A DNA stretch of 64,000 nucleotides from Armatimonadota bacterium. GTDB taxonomy: Bacteria; Armatimonadota; SYMT01. The stretch lies in NCBI GenBank assembly GCA_041690135.1, contig JAWLHY010000002.1:1221167-1285166 (forward strand). Direction: 5' to 3'. The position numbers and the translations under genes are program-made. The notes beneath the pieces were generated by a model. That model was not told the DNA's origin and did not search any database. It saw nothing but the letters and a program-made list of their open reading frames with translations. Of this stretch, positions 57,671-64,000 are shown in pieces (the stretch's first letter is position 1; the number at the start of each line of letters is the position of its first letter).

Positions 57671-59579
57671 ACCGGGGGTATTGTTCCCGCAGGATCTTCT
57701 GGACCGCCGCCGCGCCCTCCGTGTCGTTCTGCAGCTCGTACAGGTGGGCGAAGTTCTCCAGCATGCTGGCGTAGTGCTTCCACAGGTAGTCCCGGTCGAT
57801 CTCCTGGTCCGTGCGCACCGGCTGCGCGGGCGGCAGCTCCCACTTCCCCCACAGTTCCACGTTGCGGTTGATCAGGCCGGGCAGGTCCACCGGCTTCCCC
57901 TTCGGGTGGATGCGCATGATAATGCCCACCGGCAGCAGGATCGACCGCTCGTCCAGCCATTCCAGGAAGTAGCCGCTGTCCTTCTCCTTGGGGCCGCTCG
58001 TCGCGGCAAAGGTGATGGCCAGGGGACGCTCCTTCAGCGGGCCGCTCACCAGGTCGATCAGGGCGCCGTCGCCGCCGAGGTAGGCCACGCGCTGTGGGTC
58101 GGCCGGGATCTCGGTGGAGATCGGCACTCCCTGGCGCTGCAGGCGGTAGAGGTACCAGCGACTGGGGTCCTTGTCGCGACCGGTGTACATCCCGGCGATC
58201 ACGCCGCGGTCGATGGGGGTGATGTCGGGGCGCTCGCCCAGCAGGTCGTGGACATACTGGATCGGGCCGGTGTCGTTGTCCCCCTGGGTGATCAACACGG
58301 TGTCGGGGTCCGCGCTCTGTAGCTTGTGCCGGGCGAAGTCGCGCACCCAGGTGGCGCCGCTCAGGTCGCAGTTGGACCCGTTGCGGACCAGCGGCATGCC
58401 CAGCAGCAGGGCCGCCCCGATGGCGCCGAGGACCGCCGGCCGGGCGTACTGTTCCAGGCGGGGGCGCAGTGCGTCGAGGGCCGGCGCGGCAAAGGCGCCC
58501 AGGATCAGCCACACCGTCATGTAGTAGCCGGCGATGTCCGGAATGGTGTAGCAGAAGTTGTAGAAGGTAATGACCCCGGCGGCGGCGAGCAGCCCGAGGG
58601 CGTGGGTGCGGTTCTGCCGGAGCAGGAGGACAATTCCCGCCAGGGGCAGCAGGAAGAGGCCGTAAGGGAAGTTATCCACAAACAACCCGGCCGCCATCCC
58701 GACCTTCTCGCCCAGCTCTGCGTTGAACGGCAGCTCCAGGTACCCGCGATAGATCTTGGCGGTCGCGTGATTCCAGAGCAGGTCGAGGGTGACGGGGCGT
58801 CCCCAATTCTGCAGGGGCTCCGCGCGCGCCCAGAGCATCAGGAGCAGATACAGGGCGGGGCCCACCGGCACCAGCGCCAGCGCCGGCAGCCACCGGCGCA
58901 AAGGCTGGGGATCGGTCCAGAGCCGCTTTCCGCACAGGATGAGCAGCGCCGGTCCCAGCAGCACGATGGTCAGGTGGTGCGCCAGCCCCAGGGTCACCGC
59001 GCCCGCGCAGGCCCACAACCAGGAGGCCGCGCCGGTGCGGCGATAGCGGAGGGCGCCGAGCAGGGCGCAGGAGGCCAGCAGCACGTGGAGGCTATAGACT
59101 TCCACGCGGGTGGACTGGCTCCAGAAGGTGTAGCTGGTGCCGAAGGCGGCGGCGGCGAGCAGGGAAGCGGGGACGGAAGCGCCCAGCTCTCGGGCGAGAT
59201 GAAAGAGGATTACCACCGCCAGCGCGGCGGCCAGGGCGACGACGCAGCCGATGCGGAAAGCGGGCTCGCCGAAGGGGACGAGGAACAGGGCGGCGCGGCC
59301 GAGGAGGGAGAAGAGGGGATATCCAGGAGGATGCACCACGCCGCCGGTGGCGATGGCGGTGGCGATCTCGCCGGAATCACCGAGGTACACGGTGGGGCAG
59401 AGGGTCTTCAGGTACAGCAGCAAGAACCCCAACCCCAACAGCCACGGCGCCCGCCCACTCTTACCCTGCCCCACAACCCCTCCTGCCCCGTCGCGCGTAT
59501 TCTTCGCAGCGGGATCCTCCGGTTCATCAATTGCCAAGTTCAGCCCCCTCTGTGATTTGGCTCCGCTTCCGGCTGACAT
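57660..59579 (-). CDS. DUF2723 / protein O-mannosyltransferase-like membrane glycosyltransferase (copy 2)
   Basis: GDSGE, HPPGYPLF, FWSQS..EVYSL, LAHH; multi-TM with soluble C-terminus. Confidence 0.88.
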   Translation of the reverse strand: MSAGSGAKSQRGLNLAIDEPEDPAAKNTRDGAGGVVGQGKSGRAPWLLGLGFLLLYLKTLCPTVYLGDSGEIATAIATGGVVHPPGYPLFSLLGRAALFLVPFGEPAFRIGCVVALAAALAVVILFHLARELGASVPASLLAAAAFGTSYTFWSQSTRVEVYSLHVLLASCALLGALRYRRTGAASWLWACAGAVTLGLAHHLTIVLLGPALLILCGKRLWTDPQPLRRWLPALALVPVGPALYLLLMLWARAEPLQNWGRPVTLDLLWNHATAKIYRGYLELPFNAELGEKVGMAAGLFVDNFPYGLFLLPLAGIVLLLRQNRTHALGLLAAAGVITFYNFCYTIPDIAGYYMTVWLILGAFAAPALDALRPRLEQYARPAVLGAIGAALLLGMPLVRNGSNCDLSGATWVRDFARHKLQSADPDTVLITQGDNDTGPIQYVHDLLGERPDITPIDRGVIAGMYTGRDKDPSRWYLYRLQRQGVPISTEIPADPQRVAYLGGDGALIDLVSGPLKERPLAITFAATSGPKEKDSGYFLEWLDERSILLPVGIIMRIHPKGKPVDLPGLINRNVELWGKWELPPAQPVRTDQEIDRDYLWKHYASMLENFAHLYELQNDTEGAAAVQKILREQYPRYGR

Positions 59580-61689
59580 CCGGGAATTGCCGCAGTCTCA
59601 TCCGCTCATCACCCTTCATTCCCTCGTCTCCTCTCCGTGGTCTTCTCCGTGTCTCCGTGGCTCCGTGGTGAGAATCCGGGTGCGACGGCCCCGCACTATT
59701 CTCGGCTGGGAATCTCCAATCCCTGAGAGCGGGACGCAGGGTACTGACTCCCAGGCGGTCTCGAGGCCTCGCCTCACGCTACTCTGGCGAAGTCAGGACC
59801 AGCGGGTGGCCGTCCTTACCCGATCTGGCAGCCCTTCGGTCAGGGCAGTCATCCCGAGGCCGGCGTCTTGATCCTAATCGTAATCCGTATCCTAATCCTT
59901 CCCTTGCCGCAGTTCCCTGAGAGCGCGCTGCGCCTGTTCATACCGCGGCGCCCACTCCGTCACCCGCTGGTAAATGGCCGCTGCCTCGACCGGACGCCCG
60001 GCCAGCTCGTAGAGGTGACCGTAGTTCACCAGCATGGCGGCATAATGGTTCACCACGTAGTCCGGAGCGTATTCCTGATCCGTGCGGGTTACGCTCACGG
60101 GAGGCAGCTCGATGCGCGACCACAGCCGCTCGTTACGGGCGAGGAGCAGGCGGAGGTCCGGCGGTTGAGAGCGTGGATGGTAGCGCAGCACAACCCCCTG
60201 CGGCAGCGGGTCCATCCGCGCCAACGCCCACTTGCGGAAGGTTTCCTTACCCTGTCCCGTGTCTCCCAGGAAGGTCACGCATAGGGGACGGTCCTTCAGG
60301 GGGCCTTCGAGGAGGTCGACCAGAAAGCCGTCCTCCTCCAGACGGTCTCGCTCGGCCGGATCGTCCGGGACCGTGAGGGAAACTTCTACCCCGTCGCGGC
60401 GCAGGCGATGGAGAAACCACTGGCTCGGATCGCGATCGTACCCGCCGAAGGAGAAACGACAGAGGCCATAGTCCAGCACCAGCACGTCCCGCCGGATGCC
60501 CAGCAGATCCCGCGTATACCACAGGGGAAAGGTATCCGGGTCTTCGTGCGATACCAGGACGCCGTCCGGGTCGGTGTTTTCCAGCTTGTGGCGGGCGAAC
60601 TCTCGGACCCAGGTAGCGCGGCTCAGGTCGCAGGTCGTCCAGTTCCGGACCAACGGCACGCCGACCACCAGCCCTGCGCCAGCCACAACCGCCACGGCAG
60701 GACGTACCCTGGGAAGGTGGCGCCCGATGGCATCGAGCGCCAGGGCCAGGGCGAGTGCTCCGAACAGCCAGGGCATCAGGTAGTAGCCCGCTACGTCGGC
60801 GATGCGGTAGCAGAGATTGTACACGCAGATCACGACACCGCTGACCAGAAGCGCCGTGGCTGCCGGGCGGTCTCGTTTCCAGAGCAGGGTGGCGCCCAGC
60901 GGCGGCAGTACCGCCAGGAAGAGCGGGAAATTATCCAGGTAGAGACTTCCCAGTTCCCGGAGCTTGCGCTCCAGTCGATCCGGCTCCGGAAGCGCGAGGA
61001 GCCCCTGGTAGATCTTGGCGGTCGCGTGGTTCCAGAGCAGGTTGAAGGTGACGGGGCGTCCCCAATTCTGCAGGGGCTCCGCGCGCGCCCAGAGCATCAG
61101 GAGCAGATACAGGGCGGGGCCCACCGGCACCAGCGCCAGCGCCGGCAGCCACCGGCGCAAAGGCTGGGGATCGGTCCAGAGCCGCTTTCCGCACAGGATG
61201 AGCAGCGCCGGTCCCAGCAGCACGATGGTCAGGTGGTGCGCCAGCCCCAGGGTCACCGCGCCCGCGCAGGCCCACAACCAGGAGGCCGCGCCGGTGCGGC
61301 GATAGCGGAGGGCGCCGAGCAGGGCGCAGGAGGCCAGCAGCACGTGGAGGCTATAGACTTCCACGCGGGTGGACTGGCTCCAGAAGGTGTAGCTGGTGCC
61401 GAAGGCGGCGGCGGCGAGCAGGGAAGCGGGGACGGAAGCGCCCAGCTCTCGGGCGAGATGAAAGAGGATTACCACCGCCAGCGCGGCGGCCAGGGCGACG
61501 ACGCAGCCGATGCGGAAAGCGGGCTCGCCGAAGGGGACGAGGAACAGGGCGGCGCGGCCGAGGAGGGAGAAGAGGGGATATCCGGGAGGATGCACCACGC
61601 CGCCGGTGGCGATGGCGGTGGCGATCTCGCCGGAATCACCGAGGTACACGGTGGGGCAGAGGGTCTTCAAATACAGCAGCAAAAATCCC
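58750..61689. repeat. About 680-bp near-identical direct repeat (58750-59430 and 61009-61689) within the two DUF2723 genes
   Basis: Offset 2259; only one mismatch seen in the ~620-bp core (59326 vs 61585). Confidence 0.92.
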
Positions 61690-61772
61690 CACCCCAGCAG
61701 CGCAGGACCCCAGCGGACCGCTTTCCTTACCGGTTCGGTTTTTGCATTTAGTTCCGGCGCAATCTGTTCCAA
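59892..61772 (-). CDS. DUF2723 membrane glycosyltransferase (copy 1) with C-terminal TPR-like helix pair
   Basis: Same motifs as copy 2; DTFPLWY; NYGHLYE..AAAIYQR; TTG start. Confidence 0.88.
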   Translation of the reverse strand: MEQIAPELNAKTEPVRKAVRWGPALLGWGFLLLYLKTLCPTVYLGDSGEIATAIATGGVVHPPGYPLFSLLGRAALFLVPFGEPAFRIGCVVALAAALAVVILFHLARELGASVPASLLAAAAFGTSYTFWSQSTRVEVYSLHVLLASCALLGALRYRRTGAASWLWACAGAVTLGLAHHLTIVLLGPALLILCGKRLWTDPQPLRRWLPALALVPVGPALYLLLMLWARAEPLQNWGRPVTFNLLWNHATAKIYQGLLALPEPDRLERKLRELGSLYLDNFPLFLAVLPPLGATLLWKRDRPAATALLVSGVVICVYNLCYRIADVAGYYLMPWLFGALALALALDAIGRHLPRVRPAVAVVAGAGLVVGVPLVRNWTTCDLSRATWVREFARHKLENTDPDGVLVSHEDPDTFPLWYTRDLLGIRRDVLVLDYGLCRFSFGGYDRDPSQWFLHRLRRDGVEVSLTVPDDPAERDRLEEDGFLVDLLEGPLKDRPLCVTFLGDTGQGKETFRKWALARMDPLPQGVVLRYHPRSQPPDLRLLLARNERLWSRIELPPVSVTRTDQEYAPDYVVNHYAAMLVNYGHLYELAGRPVEAAAIYQRVTEWAPRYEQAQRALRELRQGKD

Positions 61773-62010
61773 ATCCCAACCTCCGCATTCTCAGTCCCGC
61801 TCGATTCTCGGTCGCGATTTGCCATTCCCGCAGAGCGTGATCCACGATTCCCAGCTTCGCATTATGGTCGCTAACAACACCGCAATTGAAGAGGTCACCC
61901 CTTCCCTCCATCTCTATTGCTCCGTCGGCTCCTATCCCATGCTCCCGTTCCCCCGTTCCCCCATGCTCCCTCTCTCCCACACCCCACACTGGTCAACACC
62001 AGTCAGCCCC

Positions 62011-62053
62011 AGAAACACAAGAACGGCCCCGGACGCAGGGTCCGGAGCCGTTC
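62011..62053 (-). terminator. Intrinsic terminator after pilin copy 1
   Basis: GAACGGCCCCGGAC..GTCCGGAGCCGTTC stem with T-rich tail on the minus strand. Confidence 0.7.
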
Positions 62054-62074
62054 GCAAACAGTGCCAGGGCGGGC

Positions 62075-62434
62075 TTAAGGCAGTTCGTGGCCGTCGGTGC
62101 TCTTGGAGCAGGACGGGGCGGTGCCGAGGCCGGCGATGGTGTAGGTGCCGCTGCTGGGGCACTCGGGCGTGCTCTTGATGTACTTGTCCGTGCCGACCAG
62201 GTCGGAGAAGCCCGGGGTGTCGCCCGCGACCTTCTTGTTGTCCATCGCCCACTGCTCTTTGGCGCTGTCCACCTGCTTCAGGTTGGCGATGCAGCTCTTG
62301 GCGCGGGAGCTCTCGCGGGCTTTGATGAAGTTCGGGACGGCGATGGCGAGCAGGATGCCGATGATCAGCACCACGATCATGATTTCCACGAGCGTGAAGC
62401 CGTGGCGGTTCTTGCGGGCAAATTTCGCGAGCAT
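62075..62434 (-). CDS. Type IV pilin (prepilin N-terminal cleavage/methylation domain)
   Basis: Basic leader, G|FTLVEIMIVVLIIGILLAIAVP, C-terminal Cys pair. Confidence 0.93.
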   Translation of the reverse strand: MLAKFARKNRHGFTLVEIMIVVLIIGILLAIAVPNFIKARESSRAKSCIANLKQVDSAKEQWAMDNKKVAGDTPGFSDLVGTDKYIKSTPECPSSGTYTIAGLGTAPSCSKSTDGHELP

Positions 62435-62680
62435 TCTGGATCTCCTCTTAATCGGCCGGTTCTCCCGGCTCGGTCGGTTTGAAAAAGTTGCTGTTCTGGC
62501 TTACGCCTTAACTGCTAGGGGGATCGTTCCTCAAAAGAGTGAGAGTTTGAGATGGTTCCGGAAACTTTTTTTCAGGTTTCCACTCGGGGAACCCCTCTCA
62601 CCCGGCCGACCGCGCGAGTACCTGCAGCCATCCAGGTATTCGGCAAACCCTCGCCGTTCTATAGACCAATTTACTTGGAT

Positions 62681-63723
62681 TTAGGAATCTCGGATCACCA
62701 ACCGCATTTCGGCGGTGTTGGCCCGGTACTCCGGCGAATACATGGCGTAGGCCAGCGTGGGGAGCACGTGAAGTTCGCCGGGCCCTTCCGCCCGCAGATG
62801 GTAGCGGAGCCAGGAGCTGCCGCCTGGAATCTGCGGGGCGAAAAAGGCGATCTTCTGCTCGCGCAGTTCCCGGTACGCCCACACTCCGGCCCACACCCAG
62901 CCGCTGGAGGTATCGTCCGGGTCACAGGTCGCCGGCTTGATGTCTTCGAAGAGCAGGTATTCCAGGGCGTGGTCCGCCTGAATGTGGAACTCCACTTCCA
63001 CCAGGTCGCCTGGCCGGAGTTGCGCTCCGGGCTCCAATCGCTCCCGGTTGGGGAGCAGCAGTTCAGCCGCCTCTCCCGGGTCGTAGAGGCTGGGAATTGC
63101 GGTGTAGTGTCGCTTCAGGAACGGGTTCCCGGAATCGGATCGCTCCCCACGCTCTCGCCCTCGCTCGGAGCGATCCGGCTGAATCCGGTAGTACCGGCGG
63201 GCGACCCGTAAGCCCGTACCGGATTCCGGAAGCGGGTCCTCTGTCGAGAAGTAGCGCGCGAACAACGAGTAGTAGAGCGCCTGGGTGCCTTCGCGAGAAA
63301 GGCTCACCTCCACCTGGTTCGCGTTTTCGGGGAGATCCCCGTCCGGAAACAGTGGGTTGCGGGAGAGGCGTTCCTACGCCCCCAGCCGCGAATCAACCGA
63401 GGGGGTAGGGAGCACACTTCTCCACTGTCTTCTCGCGATCGGAACCCGTACTTCGGCAGCGCGAGGCACAGCCGTCCCAGCCAGTAGAGACCCCGAGCTT
63501 CCCACATCGTATCGGGGTAACGCTCGATGAACGCAATGGCCTCCGTCAGCGCTTAATCCCAAATCTGTCCGCGTCCCAGGGTTTCGCAGAGGCGCAGTTC
63601 CACCTCTGGAATTCTCTCCGGTGGCACATCCCCTCGGTCCAGCAAAGCGCGATATGCGGTCCGCGCGTGCGCGTAGCTCCCCTCGTCCCAGTACCGATCG
63701 GCTGCTTCTCGCGTGGTTGACAT
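62681..63723 (-). pseudogene. Alpha-2-macroglobulin family gene remnant (N-terminal piece fused to C-terminal domain)
   Basis: C-terminal GDLVEVE..EYLLFED..P, RELREQKIAFF, Y.LRAE.PG..HVLP..AMYSPE; upstream TPR-like piece with an in-frame stop; only about 1 kb long. Confidence 0.75.
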
Positions 63724-63791
63724 CGCCTGCATCCCAGGCAATTTAACGCATTTCAGCTCGCGAAGGTTGCTGTGAGACGGCGATGGCTAAG

Positions 63792-63833
63792 AAAAACCCG
63801 CGCGCACCGGCCGAAGACGGGTGCGCGCGGGTT
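63792..63833 (-). terminator. Intrinsic terminator after pilin copy 2
   Basis: AACCCGCGCGCACC/GGTGCGCGCGGGTT stem with U-tract on the minus strand. Confidence 0.85.
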
Positions 63834-63858
63834 GCGAGTAATTCAGGTTTTTGGGAGG

Positions 63859-64000
63859 TTACGGCAGTTCGTGGCCGTCGGTGCTCTTGGAGCAGGACGG
63901 GGCGGTGCCGAGGCCGGCGATGGTGTAGGTGCCGCTGCTGGGGCACTCGGGCGTGCTCTTGATGTACTTGTCCGTGCCGACCAGGTCGGAGAAGCCCGGG
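63859..64000 (-). CDS. Second type IV pilin copy, 3' end (runs off the window)
   Basis: 63863-64000 is identical to 62079-62216. Confidence 0.9.
   Translation of the reverse strand, partial: PGFSDLVGTDKYIKSTPECPSSGTYTIAGLGTAPSCSKSTDGHELP

Noticed and set aside
58750-61689. Long near-identical repeat as a DGR template/variable pair
   Set aside because: No adenine-specific mismatch pattern across the repeat and no reverse transcriptase in the window.

Overview
GC-rich bacterial chromosome segment. The gene content (PEP-CTERM protein, Uma2/DUF4058 nucleases, sulfatases, short type IV pilins, dispersed REP-like and 6-9-mer repeats) suggests Armatimonadota or a similar lineage; this is an inference. 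The left half is mostly accessory metabolism and secreted hydrolases, plus ilvA with a clear leader-peptide attenuator, gdhA, and a Fur/PerR-katG pair with two Fur-like boxes. From about 36 to 57 kb lies a decayed, mosaic island downstream of tRNA-Gly(TCC). It contains two degenerate copies of the tRNA 3' end, many pseudogene fragments, and three copies of the 3' end of a UvrA-like gene. These copies bracket lower-GC cassettes encoding a HEPN protein, a restriction-endonuclease-NACHT protein and a pentapeptide-repeat/K+-channel protein. The right end holds two DUF2723 membrane glycosyltransferases with near-identical 5' halves, next to duplicated pilin genes. The least explained feature is a ~1 kb non-coding, hairpin-dense region (about 378-1365) built around a perfect 44-bp inverted repeat between two convergent genes. 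All family assignments come from motif recognition by eye, not from database searches.
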